From a virus (taxonomy: Duplodnaviria > Caudoviricetes), in the IMG/VR virus record IMGVR_UViG_3300031701_000005, positions 1-38,127 of that record: 38,127 nt of DNA. One strand, given 5' to 3'. The translations under genes were made by a program, and so were the position numbers. Positions 26,635-36,068 of the stretch are shown piece by piece (position 1 is the first letter of the stretch; each line of letters begins with the position of its first letter). Under the pieces are notes generated by a model. It made no database searches and was not told where the DNA came from. It saw only the letters and a list, made by a program, of their open reading frames with translations.

Positions 26635-27339
26635 CTACTCGCAAGGTTGAGAGCCGATCGGGAAAGCGAAATTCCAAACGGCCGAGGGTGAGACGGCAAC
26701 GGACGACGACGCCCAAATCCCGCCGTCGGGGATCGGTCCAACGGTGGCCGAGTCCCACAAAGAATCAGCACCGACGATGAAGATCACGCGGCCCAAGACC
26801 CCGGCGTATAAGGCCACACAAATGAAGTTCGCGAGGATCCCCAACTCGGCGAGGGTGATCCCGGGGATCGTCAATCTGAAATCATACGGGGGCAAGTTGA
26901 TCAGGTTGATCGTACCCGCCGCCGGGCCGATGAACGTCCGGCAAATTCTCAAGATGTTGTTACTTGTCCCGGTCCAATTTCCGTCCTCGCGCGCGGCGGA
27001 CAATATCAGATCGGTTTGGATCTGCAAGAACACACGATACCGATCGTCGGGGAACCCTTGACGGGGCAAGCCGATCACCGCGCCGATCATGTCGAGTTGG
27101 TCACCGATCGCCGTGGACAGATCGAACCCGTCGCCAACGTCCAAGGCAACGTCGGAGAAGTGGCCGAACCCCTCCGCGAAGTCGCAGAGCATGTCTCGAA
27201 ACTTTCGATTCCCCCCGGCGTCGTCCATTTGAACCAACACCCGATCGTCGGCGAGTTGGCAAAACTCCGCCGGCCCCGACCCCGAGTCCACACCCCACAA
27301 GGATCCAAGCCCCCAAGGCGCCGCGGTTCCGAATCTCAC
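26635..27339 (-). CDS. Baseplate wedge protein (DUF2612-like)
   Basis: FDLSTAIGDQLDMIGAVIGLPR...DDRYR; follows baseplate J. Confidence 0.82.
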   Translation of the reverse strand: MRFGTAAPWGLGSLWGVDSGSGPAEFCQLADDRVLVQMDDAGGNRKFRDMLCDFAEGFGHFSDVALDVGDGFDLSTAIGDQLDMIGAVIGLPRQGFPDDRYRVFLQIQTDLILSAAREDGNWTGTSNNILRICRTFIGPAAGTINLINLPPYDFRLTIPGITLAELGILANFICVALYAGVLGRVIFIVGADSLWDSATVGPIPDGGIWASSSVAVSPSAVWNFAFPIGSQPCE

Positions 27340-28571
27340 AGAGCCACCACCGTGATCGCGATGTTGGGGGATTCAAAGTTAGGGCGTTCACGGATCCCCA
27401 CTTCCACCGGATCGGCGAAGGGGCCGACCGCGGCAACTCGTGAGAGTTGGACGGTGACCGACACCGCCCCGGAAATTTGCCCGCTGTTTTGCAAGTCGAA
27501 CACGATCCCGACGTACTCGAAACCAAGTTGATTTCGGCCGATGTCCGAGAAGTCGGATCGGGCGCGAGACAAGATCGCCTCGGTGACCACGTCGGCGATG
27601 TTGGGCGAGATCACTTGCTCGGTCCCCAAAGTGTTGATCGTGACGTCCACGAAAATATCCACCTGATCCACGAGATCGAACCTCACGAGTTGGGGTTGTC
27701 CCTCGTCGTCCGCCACGGTCACTATGTAGTCGGTCCCGTATGGTTCGCCCCCCGCGCCCGTCGCCGACCATATCGCGTCGCCGATCGATTGTTGAAGGGC
27801 CGCCGGTGGCGGGTTGGGTTGAGTTTCCACAAGAACGTCGAACGCCTTGAAAGGGATCCCGTCGGCGTCGGCGGGTTGGGTGTCGGGGTTGTGATACACG
27901 CGGACGGTTTCAACCCCATCCACCTTGGACACCACCGCCCGGATCGCCGCGAGGCCGCCGACGTTTTGAGAGAACAACTCGATCTGGCGACGGGTTCGAA
28001 AGTCTGGATCCGTCTCTTGGTCCCGGCCTTGATCGGCGTCGTCGGCCGGGTTGGCGAACCCGTCGAGGCCGGCGATCACCGTGACAAGCGCCCAATTCGT
28101 GTTCGCGTTGGCGATGATCGGGCCGGTGTCTACCGCTTGGAAAGTCGCGGCGATCGTCTCGGGGAACGGGCCGGCCGAGGTATACGGACCCCCCACCGCT
28201 TGCCACTGGGTTGAGTTGTCGGAGTTTTCGATCAAGTCTCCGTCGTTGACCGTGGCGATCCCCGAGAACGCGAGGAACCCTTGCACCACCGACGAGGTCG
28301 CACCGTTGCGAGTGGACCCGGTGAGGGTGGCGAGACGGTCGAGGGCCGCGCCTTGGGATGTGTTTGGATCAAATGACCGGTAGACCGCGAGGAGAGTTTG
28401 CTGATCGAGGGCGCGCAACTCCGAAACGATATTGACTAACTGGCCCATGATCGAGGTGGCCGATGTGTTGAGGTTGGTCCCGAACGTGGCGCGAAGTTTC
28501 GCAACCATCTCGGCCACGATCTGATCTTGGGTTTGGGTTTGGAGTCCGGCGGCGGTGAGAGCTAGGGTCAT
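27336..28571 (-). CDS. Baseplate J/gp47-like wedge protein
   Basis: GAALDRLA, GRDQETDPDFRTRR and AIRAVVSKVDGV. Confidence 0.9.
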   Translation of the reverse strand: MTLALTAAGLQTQTQDQIVAEMVAKLRATFGTNLNTSATSIMGQLVNIVSELRALDQQTLLAVYRSFDPNTSQGAALDRLATLTGSTRNGATSSVVQGFLAFSGIATVNDGDLIENSDNSTQWQAVGGPYTSAGPFPETIAATFQAVDTGPIIANANTNWALVTVIAGLDGFANPADDADQGRDQETDPDFRTRRQIELFSQNVGGLAAIRAVVSKVDGVETVRVYHNPDTQPADADGIPFKAFDVLVETQPNPPPAALQQSIGDAIWSATGAGGEPYGTDYIVTVADDEGQPQLVRFDLVDQVDIFVDVTINTLGTEQVISPNIADVVTEAILSRARSDFSDIGRNQLGFEYVGIVFDLQNSGQISGAVSVTVQLSRVAAVGPFADPVEVGIRERPNFESPNIAITVVAL

Positions 28572-28927
28572 GGCGTGGCCTCGATCAAGGTTGAGAAGTC
28601 GATCTCTCCGTCGATCGACGTGGCCGATCCTGAAACGGTGAGGGTTCGATCCTCGCGGTTGAGTTGTAGATCCAGAGCGACCGTCAACACACCGGGCGTG
28701 TTGAGGATCGTCCGTTCGAGAATGAACTGGATCGAATTAAGGTTTGGGTTTCGTTCGGCAAAGATTACTTGGAGATAGGGCACCCCGGCCGATACGTCAT
28801 AGACCGTTTCACCTAACCATGTTCGGAGTCGCATTGTGACGGCTTGCCCGATCGCCTCGGCCCCGTTGACGAACGAGAGATCGCCGTTGGTCAAGTCCAT
28901 GTCGTAGTCGGTTAGTAAAAGGTCCAT
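28568..28927 (-). CDS. Baseplate sheath-initiator (gp25/W-like)
   Basis: AIGQAVTMRLRTWLGE..YD...GVPY and ILNTPGV. Confidence 0.82.
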   Translation of the reverse strand: MDLLLTDYDMDLTNGDLSFVNGAEAIGQAVTMRLRTWLGETVYDVSAGVPYLQVIFAERNPNLNSIQFILERTILNTPGVLTVALDLQLNREDRTLTVSGSATSIDGEIDFSTLIEATP

Positions 28928-28928
28928 T

Positions 28929-29678
28929 TTATTCGGCGCTCACTTTCGGGGAGGCGGACGAGATGATCCCAAAATCCGACGGCGGGATCGGTGGAATGAT
29001 CGCCCCGGTCACGGTCACCACCGCAGTCCCGGGGGGCGGCGCTTGGAGGATCGCCGCGATCGCGGAGATCGCCACGTTCACCGACGTGATCCAAGTGGAC
29101 ATCGACACGTCGGCCGCGGTGGTGTCGGTGAGACGGGCGACCCCGAGGGCGGCAAGTCGCCCAAGTTTGATCGCGTCGGACTCAAGGACGGCCGCGGCGT
29201 CGTCGGTGGGGGGCGTGATCGGATCGTTGTCCGGGTGGATGTTGGGATGAAATACCCCGTCCGCGAGGGCGTGGGTTATAGCCGACACGGGATCGACGGC
29301 GTCGCCGAGTTGGATCCACTGGCCGAGGTTTCGGTCTTGAATGTGAACTTCTCCCGTGTCCCCGGCGGCGAGTGGGAGAGTGAGATAGGACGACCCCGCC
29401 CGCGGCCACGCGACGGGGATCCCCTTGAGTTGTACGGCGGGCAACGTCGCCACCGGGTTGGGGTTGGCGGAGGTGGGTTGGGTGAAGTTGTCGCGCACCA
29501 CTTGGAGGACGTCCACCGAAACGTCGGCGCGTTGGGTGGCGGTGTCGTAGGCGGTCACCGTCCCAACGGTGTGGGTTCGGATCTGTACCTTGAGATTTCG
29601 CAAGGACGCGCGGAACAAGTCGGCGAGTTTTGGGTCTTGGGGGATCTCGAATACCCCGGTTTGATTCTCGCGCGCCAC
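28929..29678 (-). CDS. Baseplate central spike (Gp138/gpV-like)
   Basis: GTVTAYD..TQRADV, IPVAWP, LPLAAGDTG and HALADG (OB-fold N-terminus). Confidence 0.8.
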   Translation of the reverse strand: MARENQTGVFEIPQDPKLADLFRASLRNLKVQIRTHTVGTVTAYDTATQRADVSVDVLQVVRDNFTQPTSANPNPVATLPAVQLKGIPVAWPRAGSSYLTLPLAAGDTGEVHIQDRNLGQWIQLGDAVDPVSAITHALADGVFHPNIHPDNDPITPPTDDAAAVLESDAIKLGRLAALGVARLTDTTAADVSMSTWITSVNVAISAIAAILQAPPPGTAVVTVTGAIIPPIPPSDFGIISSASPKVSAE

Positions 29679-30586
29679 TAGACCCCGCCCCCCTTGGACG
29701 CCGACACGGCCATGGTGGATTCACCGTCGGTGTTTCCCGAAAACGTCACCCGGTCCACGCGGTAGACTACCGCGCCGAACGGCCGATCGTCGTCGTCCAA
29801 GACTTGGACCTGGATCCCCGGTTCGATCTCGGGGTCGGCCAACGCGGTGAAGTCGATCCCCTTATCGTTGCGAGTGGTGTACGCGATCAAGCCGGTGGAC
29901 GGCTTGACGATCGGCCCGGGTCGGTTGATCACCCCGCCGCGGAGGGCGATGAACTGCTCGTTCGTCACGCGCCACTCAAGCCCCAAGGTGTCCATGAATT
30001 CGTCCATGAGTTCGCGCGCGTTGTAGGCCCCTGCGATGTCGATCTTTTTCATCGCCGTGGACTTGGCGGCCTCGGAGACAAGCGCGCGCGAGGACTCGGG
30101 AAACCCCAACCCGAGGCCCCCGCCGTTGGGTGTACCCGGCGCGGCGGCTTGGAGGGTGGCGATCAACTCGACCGCGGCCACGACGGTGATCGCCTTGTAG
30201 GTGGCGGTGAAAACAGAATCACGGTTGGCGGTGTTTCCGTCGCCGATCTTGAGTCTCAAGATCCGATCGGTCGGGGTTCGTTCGTCGGGGATCAGATCCC
30301 ACACGTCCCCAACGATCACCGTCTTGGCGATCCGTTGCCACCCGATCCCGAACGTCACCCGATACCCGGACAACTCGGGCCACGCGGTGATCCACGCCTC
30401 GGCGATCTCGCCGGCCAACACCGGCGCGAGGTTATAGATCGCGACCTCGGCTTGATCGGGGTTGGGCGTGTTATCCCGGGTGATCGTCCACTCGAATCGC
30501 AACCCCGACCCGTCGAGGTTGGCGATCGTCCCTTGCGCGGTGTCGAGCTTGACCGCCGGGATCAAAAACTGATCGAACGTCGCCAC
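29678..30586 (-). CDS. Baseplate hub protein (302 aa)
   Basis: GTG 30586. LRFEWTI...AEVAIYNL, TGLI..., L.DPEI.PG and GNTDG; synteny. Confidence 0.78.
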   Translation of the reverse strand: MATFDQFLIPAVKLDTAQGTIANLDGSGLRFEWTITRDNTPNPDQAEVAIYNLAPVLAGEIAEAWITAWPELSGYRVTFGIGWQRIAKTVIVGDVWDLIPDERTPTDRILRLKIGDGNTANRDSVFTATYKAITVVAAVELIATLQAAAPGTPNGGGLGLGFPESSRALVSEAAKSTAMKKIDIAGAYNARELMDEFMDTLGLEWRVTNEQFIALRGGVINRPGPIVKPSTGLIAYTTRNDKGIDFTALADPEIEPGIQVQVLDDDDRPFGAVVYRVDRVTFSGNTDGESTMAVSASKGGGV

Positions 30587-30588
30587 GG

Positions 30589-30921
30589 TTAGCCCGTCAC
30601 CTCTTGGTAGTACAAGGCCGCGGCGTCGTCGGCCCAAGTGTCGAGCGTGGGATCGAACGGTTCCCCGGTTTGGGTGTTGACAAACAGCGCGCCCGGCGGG
30701 AGGGCGGTGAGATACTGATACGGGAAAAACAGATCCAACCCCGAGGCGATCGCCAGTCCGGTGATCAAGGGGGTGTCGTCGGCGTCGAACACGTCGAGGT
30801 ACCACGACGAATCGATCTTGTTGGTGTAGGTGTCGAGGCGGACCCGGATCCCGTCGAGGATCACGACTTGCGAGGCGTGGGTGGACCCGTTGAATTGCGG
30901 CGTGATCTTGCGGATCGTCAT
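30589..30921 (-). CDS. Small baseplate protein (110 aa)
   Basis: ATG 30921 overlaps the upstream stop. LDG...YTN....WYLDVFD....LITG pattern; synteny. Confidence 0.72.
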   Translation of the reverse strand: MTIRKITPQFNGSTHASQVVILDGIRVRLDTYTNKIDSSWYLDVFDADDTPLITGLAIASGLDLFFPYQYLTALPPGALFVNTQTGEPFDPTLDTWADDAAALYYQEVTG

Positions 30922-31592
30922 GCGAACCCCCCGCCAAGTTGAGAGGGCACGCCCGGCGCGGGCGGTGGCCCGAGTACTTGAGTCCCCACCACCGGGGCCG
31001 ACTGCGATCCGGCTTGGGTTGTGGCGTTGTTCCCCGTGGCCGAGGCGGCGGTGTCGGGGATCACGTCGTTGGCGGTGAGGGGTGACACGATCCGGGCCTC
31101 GACAAGTGACACTGTGATCAAAGTATTCTCGCCTTGATCTGGGTTCCAACTCCGAGAGATCGATTCAATGAACGCGCTAGCCATAGACACGCGGGGCGAC
31201 ACAACCATGATCGGTTGGCGGGCGTCGGCCAACTCCTCAAGGTTGGCGACGCGGATCAAGTCGGCGCGAAGCCCCGCAAACCCGGCCGACCCCACCGGGC
31301 CGAGATCGATCGACGAAACAAGCGTACCCGACACGGTGATCCGTTCGGGGTTCTTGTGGACGTTGGACGTTGCCGAGGTGAAGTCTTGGAGCGCGTTCAA
31401 CGTCACCGAGTAGGATCGATCCACGTCCTCAGAATCAACCACGTCCAACGCGATCCGGTCGGAGGTGAGAGAGGGGATCAAGTCCCCGAGGGGTTCGATC
31501 GGTTGTGTGCCCGTCGAGTCGAGGCGATAAAACGCCATGGTTCGGGCTCCGAGGATCCCGCCGAGTGGTGATTTTATAAACGGTTGGACCAT
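30918..31592 (-). CDS. Tail tube initiator / Dit-like baseplate protein
   Basis: Directly after the tape measure gene; LDVVDSE, NPERITVSG and ITVSLVEARIV. Confidence 0.72.
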   Translation of the reverse strand: MVQPFIKSPLGGILGARTMAFYRLDSTGTQPIEPLGDLIPSLTSDRIALDVVDSEDVDRSYSVTLNALQDFTSATSNVHKNPERITVSGTLVSSIDLGPVGSAGFAGLRADLIRVANLEELADARQPIMVVSPRVSMASAFIESISRSWNPDQGENTLITVSLVEARIVSPLTANDVIPDTAASATGNNATTQAGSQSAPVVGTQVLGPPPAPGVPSQLGGGFA

Positions 31593-31596
31593 GGGA

Positions 31597-33420
31597 TCAC
31601 CTCACGAGGTTGGGTTGGAGTTGTTGACCCGCCGCCGCGAGTCGGGTTTGGAATTCTTTTTTGATCGCCAAGGCGGCCTCGCGTGCGACCTCGCCGGGTT
31701 CGGCGTTGGACCGGATGATCTGATCGATGTCAAAAGAGTAATTGTTATTCGTGATGTCCACCGCCACGGTGGGTTCGATCGCCTTGGTCGAGGGGGTGGA
31801 GGCGGCCATTGATTCAAGTTGCGCGGGGTCGGCTGCTAACACCTCGGCCAACGTCGTGGCGGATTTCGGTTTGGCCTTGGCCTTGGCCCTACCCTTGCCG
31901 CGGGGGGTTTTTTTCTTTTTCTTTTCCTTTTCGGCGCGGTTAAATTCTAGTAGTTCCCTGTCTTCGAAATTCGCGCGCGCCGCGTCGCTCGCCCGGGTTT
32001 TAAATGCCTCCCGATTAGCTGTTGACCCTTCGAGCTTTTTCAGTTCCGCGCGGCTGGCGAGGATTTGACGGCGCTGATTCATGTTCGATTTGTTGAATCT
32101 GAAAGCGCCCGGACCCGCTTGGTTTGTTGCTATCAGCGCCTCCCGTGTTGAGATGTCTTTTTCGATCTTCGCGGCGGCGGCGGCTGTTTTTGGATCTGCG
32201 AATCGATCACTTAAGAATTTAGTCTTGCCCCTCTTTTTTGTGTCGTTGTTCCCCGACGCACCCGCAAGAGCCCCCCCGACCGCGTCCCCGACATCGATCG
32301 CGAGAGGGATCAAGGCGATCAGCGCCCCGGCGATCAATCCGATCGGGCCGAGGGCGCCGGCCGCCGCGATCCCCATAGATGAAAAACCCGTAGCCATGGC
32401 CGCGAACGCTTGGGCCATTTTCGCCCCCGCGAACAAGGCGATCAACTTGTCCACGTTTTCGACTAAGAACTTAAACGCCGACGCGATGGATTCCAACGTC
32501 CCGAGAAAGTCGCCTTGCATGAGGCGGCGAACAGCCCGGATCGCGCTTGTCAATGTGTCGGCTAGGATCTTCGCCAGTCCTTTGGAGTCTCCCCCGGCCG
32601 CGTCTCGGATGTCGGAGATCAAGAGCTTGAACTCCTCAAGCGGCCCCATTTCGGCGACCGTCAAAAAGAACGTGGCGATCGCGTCCTTGGCGTTGGAGAT
32701 GATCCCGTTGAGAGTCCCCATCTGTTCGGCCATGGCGCCGGCGAAATTGTTCTTACTTAGATCGATCAGGTACTTCTCGATCTCCGCCGAGTTTTTCCCC
32801 ACGGTCTTGGTCACACCTCGAAAGGTAAAGGAGACGTTATCCCCCTCCGACTTGGCCTTGATCCCGAACTCTTTTAGCCGTTCGAATTCCCCCGTGGTCG
32901 CGTCGGCCACCGCCTCGATCAGTTGATCAAGTTCTTTCCCCATCGCCGAGGCCGTGTCACCGTAAGCGGTCAATGCCTCCTCGGAGGGGGTGAGTCCGAG
33001 ATTCGTCAACTTGATGAAGGCCCCGGTGATCTCTTCGACTTGGAACGGGGTATTTTTTGCGAACTCGCGAACGAACCCCAACGCCTCCTCGGCGCCCTCG
33101 GCGGATCCCGTCGCGGTCTTGAGTTGGGCGCGCAACTTCTCGAACGTCGCACCCGTCGTGAGGGTCGCAGTACCTAGCGCGGCGATCCCCACGCCCACGC
33201 CCTTGATCACCGTGGCGAGTCCCCCGGCAAGTTTGCCCGCCACCTCGGATGTTTTCCCGAGCTTGTCGATCTCCTTGGTCGTTTTTTCCACGCCCTTGGC
33301 CGCGCCACCGGCCGCGCCCTCCGTCTTTTTTAGTTTTTTCGTGAGGCCGTCCGCGGCCTTTTCGGCGGATCTGGCGTCCACCCCGATCTCAACCAACAAT
33401 TCTGCGACGGTGATCGCCAT
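31597..33420 (-). CDS. Tape measure protein (607 aa)
   Basis: VAELLVEIGVD, FAKNTPFQVEEIT and AVADATTGEFERLKEFGI; Ala/Gly-rich helical; follows the chaperone genes. Confidence 0.92.
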   Translation of the reverse strand: MAITVAELLVEIGVDARSAEKAADGLTKKLKKTEGAAGGAAKGVEKTTKEIDKLGKTSEVAGKLAGGLATVIKGVGVGIAALGTATLTTGATFEKLRAQLKTATGSAEGAEEALGFVREFAKNTPFQVEEITGAFIKLTNLGLTPSEEALTAYGDTASAMGKELDQLIEAVADATTGEFERLKEFGIKAKSEGDNVSFTFRGVTKTVGKNSAEIEKYLIDLSKNNFAGAMAEQMGTLNGIISNAKDAIATFFLTVAEMGPLEEFKLLISDIRDAAGGDSKGLAKILADTLTSAIRAVRRLMQGDFLGTLESIASAFKFLVENVDKLIALFAGAKMAQAFAAMATGFSSMGIAAAGALGPIGLIAGALIALIPLAIDVGDAVGGALAGASGNNDTKKRGKTKFLSDRFADPKTAAAAAKIEKDISTREALIATNQAGPGAFRFNKSNMNQRRQILASRAELKKLEGSTANREAFKTRASDAARANFEDRELLEFNRAEKEKKKKKTPRGKGRAKAKAKPKSATTLAEVLAADPAQLESMAASTPSTKAIEPTVAVDITNNNYSFDIDQIIRSNAEPGEVAREAALAIKKEFQTRLAAAGQQLQPNLVR

Positions 33421-33423
33421 GGC

Positions 33424-33699
33424 CTACGCGTTCCCCCGCGTCTCGTTTGAGTTCATCATAGCCGCACTTTTCCACGACTCGGCGGCGTCGGACATCTCGA
33501 TCAAATCGTAGAGCCCGTTTAGATCGATCGAGGTGTGCAACGCGTGAAACGTGGCCGCGTCGATCCCGTCGCCGTTGGAGCACGCCACGAACAGATCCCA
33601 AGGCACGTTCGGCGGCTTGATCCCCTTGTGTCGCCCGCCCCCCGTCGCGGCCCGAGGCCACGAGGGGATCGCCTTCCGGGTTAGGGGTTCGTGAAATTT
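33424..33699 (-). CDS. Tail assembly chaperone C-terminal extension (gpT-like, -1 frame)
   Basis: Open -1 frame that starts inside the 3' end of the chaperone gene at a slippery heptamer and ends 3 nt before the tape measure start. Confidence 0.72.
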   Translation of the reverse strand, partial: KFHEPLTRKAIPSWPRAATGGGRHKGIKPPNVPWDLFVACSNGDGIDAATFHALHTSIDLNGLYDLIEMSDAAESWKSAAMMNSNETRGNA

Positions 33700-34091
33700 A
33701 CGCGGCCAACCCACAAACAAACCTCCAAGAGGTGGCGATAGCGCCCGGCGAAGTGTTGATCGAAATGAGTGTGAACCGACCCCGGGATCTCGGCGTCGCC
33801 AACCCGGACGAGGTCGGCCGCGGTTGTTTTAAGCATGTCTCGGAGGACCAAGAGGCCGTCGTCCTCGGCGGCGGCCCGTGAGATCTCGGAGATCATCGCC
33901 CCCAAGACCTTGGGGTTTGTTAGTAGCTTGTCGCGGTCCTCCTCGGACGTGGCGAAAAATAAGCCGGTGAGAGAATCACCTAGCAACGCCACGAGGCGGG
34001 GGAGGATCTTGAGTCCGTCCGACGCGGGCATGGTTTGAGTTGTGTAGGCGATCCCGTCGATCGCTTGGGTGTGTTCCCGAATGACTCCCAT
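33681..34091 (-). CDS. Tail assembly chaperone (gpG-like)
   Basis: Between tube and tape measure genes; FDQHFAGRY...VNF end; A-rich RBS. Confidence 0.82.
   Translation of the reverse strand: MGVIREHTQAIDGIAYTTQTMPASDGLKILPRLVALLGDSLTGLFFATSEEDRDKLLTNPKVLGAMISEISRAAAEDDGLLVLRDMLKTTAADLVRVGDAEIPGSVHTHFDQHFAGRYRHLLEVCLWVGRVNFTNP
33693..33699 (-). other. Programmed -1 frameshift site A-AAT-TTC
   Basis: X-XXY-YYZ heptamer in the correct phase (GTA AAT TTC), three sense codons before the stop. The shift enters the 33424 ORF. Confidence 0.8.
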
Positions 34092-34116
34092 TGTTTTGTT
34101 TTCCTTTTCCGGTGGG

Positions 34117-34557
34117 TCATGTTCCCACCCGGTTTGCGTTTTGATCGAGAGGTAATTGGATCACCGTCTCGAAGTTGAAGATCCAAGTGAGGATCGTTGA
34201 GGCCGTCCCGCGTTGGGGATCGGGGATTGTTGATATATAAGATCGCGAAAAGGTTATGATCTCGCGGGCGGAATTGTCGATCAAGATCAACGGGGCGACG
34301 GCGGATCGAACGAACCGATCCGCGGTTGCCAGTGCGACAAGGGCTTGATTCACCCCCGACTCTTGATCGATCAAGACCGCCACCTCGCCGGACGTGTCGG
34401 GGTTGAACATTCGAACAACCCCGCCCACTCCGTTGGGTTTCTGGGTCCACGTTGGCGCGTTTCGTGTCACCGAAATGAACGCCCCTTGAGCTAGGCCCTC
34501 GGACAAGTCGAGGCCAAGCCAAGTAAGCGAAACAAGATCGGGGGAGTACGCGCGCAA
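34117..34557 (-). CDS. Tail tube protein, paralog 2
   Basis: Collinear similarity to 34561-35004 (YS.D.V.LTW.GLD...GLAQG...RNAP...NPD..G.V...DQES...PD..RGT); TTG start. Confidence 0.82.
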   Translation of the reverse strand: MRAYSPDLVSLTWLGLDLSEGLAQGAFISVTRNAPTWTQKPNGVGGVVRMFNPDTSGEVAVLIDQESGVNQALVALATADRFVRSAVAPLILIDNSAREIITFSRSYISTIPDPQRGTASTILTWIFNFETVIQLPLDQNANRVGT

Positions 34558-34560
34558 TGG

Positions 34561-35004
34561 TTAGGTTCCCACGAGGTTGGTCAATTGCGCGGTGTCTTTT
34601 TGGACGTTTTCAAAAGCAAACACCCAAGAGAAAGTCGCCGACTCGGTCCCCCGCGCCTCGTCCGGTTCGGTGGTGATGAACGAATTCTGGAATGTCATCT
34701 TGTAACCGCTTGACGAATCGGTGAGGACCATGCCCCCCACGATCGAACGGGTCGCCGGGTTTTGATCCGCCGCCGCGAGGTCGAGGAGTGATTGATGGAG
34801 TTGGGACTCTTGATCCACCACCACCGAAACGGTCCCGGTTCGGTCGGGGTTGTAGACCCGAACGGCCTTACCTTGGCCCGTCGGCTTGACGGTGAAGGAG
34901 GGCGCGTTTCGTGCCTCGGTGATCGTGGTGCCTTGGGCGAGGCCGGGCTTAAAGTCTAACCCTTGCCAGGTCAACTCAACTTGATCGATGCTGTATTGTC
35001 TCAT
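34561..35004 (-). CDS. Tail tube protein, paralog 1 (DUF3277-like)
   Basis: Follows the sheath gene; AGGAG RBS and ATG; tube-like size and pattern. Confidence 0.85.
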   Translation of the reverse strand: MRQYSIDQVELTWQGLDFKPGLAQGTTITEARNAPSFTVKPTGQGKAVRVYNPDRTGTVSVVVDQESQLHQSLLDLAAADQNPATRSIVGGMVLTDSSSGYKMTFQNSFITTEPDEARGTESATFSWVFAFENVQKDTAQLTNLVGT

Positions 35005-35014
35005 TGGTTATCTC

Positions 35015-36061
35015 CTAAAATGCGAGGTTGATCGTTAGTTCAAGTTTCTGGATCGCCCCGGCGAGTGTCGCTTGGGCGGTGAGGGATAGGACGCGGTTTG
35101 TCTTGTCCGCGGTGGACACCTCGGACACGTCGGGGGCTGAAACCGTCGGCGGGGCGTCGCCCGAGAAGTGACCGAACGACACGCCCTGATCGAGTACGCC
35201 TTGGACGGATCCCACGATGATCGAGATCCCCGCGTTGGTATACGGTACTTTTGTCCCGGCGTTCACGAACGTCTCCAACACGGCCTCCTCGGTTCGGAGC
35301 TTGACCCAATCCACCGTCGTGGTGGTGTCGATGAATCGACCGCTCGCCATGGTCCCCTTTGAGGTGAACGATAGGCCCTTATTTCGGCCGTACAAGTTGG
35401 CGTCGGCGCCATAGATCGAGTTTGCGAACGTACCCGTTACATCGTCAAAGGGCACGCCGGAAAGGGATCGATACGCCCAGATCCCGACGCCCCCGGGCGT
35501 GTCGAGGTTGAGCCCTCCGCCCGACGAGGTCCACGCCCCGTCCAAATATTCGGCGTCGTCGTCGTGGTAGATCAAGGCGGATCGGTTGTATCCCAACGCC
35601 TGCAACGCAAGCGCGGCCACGAGGCCCGCGTCGTCGGATTGGAAGATCGCGATCTTGTCGCGTGACTCGGTCCACGCGGCCACGTCGGCGATGTCGGCGT
35701 CGGCCCTGGATTCAATGTTTGTGATATACCAAGTATCCGATCCCTCCGCCTCGATCGCGTCCATGGTCGTGGTGTAGTTTCCAGCGTCGCCCGCGGTTTG
35801 TTGGCCGATCAAAAGTGAATCGACCCCGTCGCCTTGGGAGAATACGGCCGACGCCCACGCGTAGATCGCCGGTTCTGCGCCCGACGAAAACCCGAACGCG
35901 ACCACCTCGGCGAGAGAGAAAAATGGGCCGTGTTGGCGATCGGAGCTTATGGTGCTCGTGAAAGTGAAGACCCCGATCGGGATCCCAAAGGCGAATTTGT
36001 CGGCGGTAACTCCTCCAACATTCACGGTAACGTCTACGAATTCAATTATTGCGGCTGGCAT
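35015..36061 (-). CDS. Contractile tail sheath protein (DUF3383-like), short form (348 aa)
   Basis: WAYRSLSGV, GTMASGRFID....DWVK, KVPYTNAGI and ATLAGAIQ. Confidence 0.88.
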   Translation of the reverse strand: MPAAIIEFVDVTVNVGGVTADKFAFGIPIGVFTFTSTISSDRQHGPFFSLAEVVAFGFSSGAEPAIYAWASAVFSQGDGVDSLLIGQQTAGDAGNYTTTMDAIEAEGSDTWYITNIESRADADIADVAAWTESRDKIAIFQSDDAGLVAALALQALGYNRSALIYHDDDAEYLDGAWTSSGGGLNLDTPGGVGIWAYRSLSGVPFDDVTGTFANSIYGADANLYGRNKGLSFTSKGTMASGRFIDTTTTVDWVKLRTEEAVLETFVNAGTKVPYTNAGISIIVGSVQGVLDQGVSFGHFSGDAPPTVSAPDVSEVSTADKTNRVLSLTAQATLAGAIQKLELTINLAF

Positions 36062-36068
36062 GATTCCC

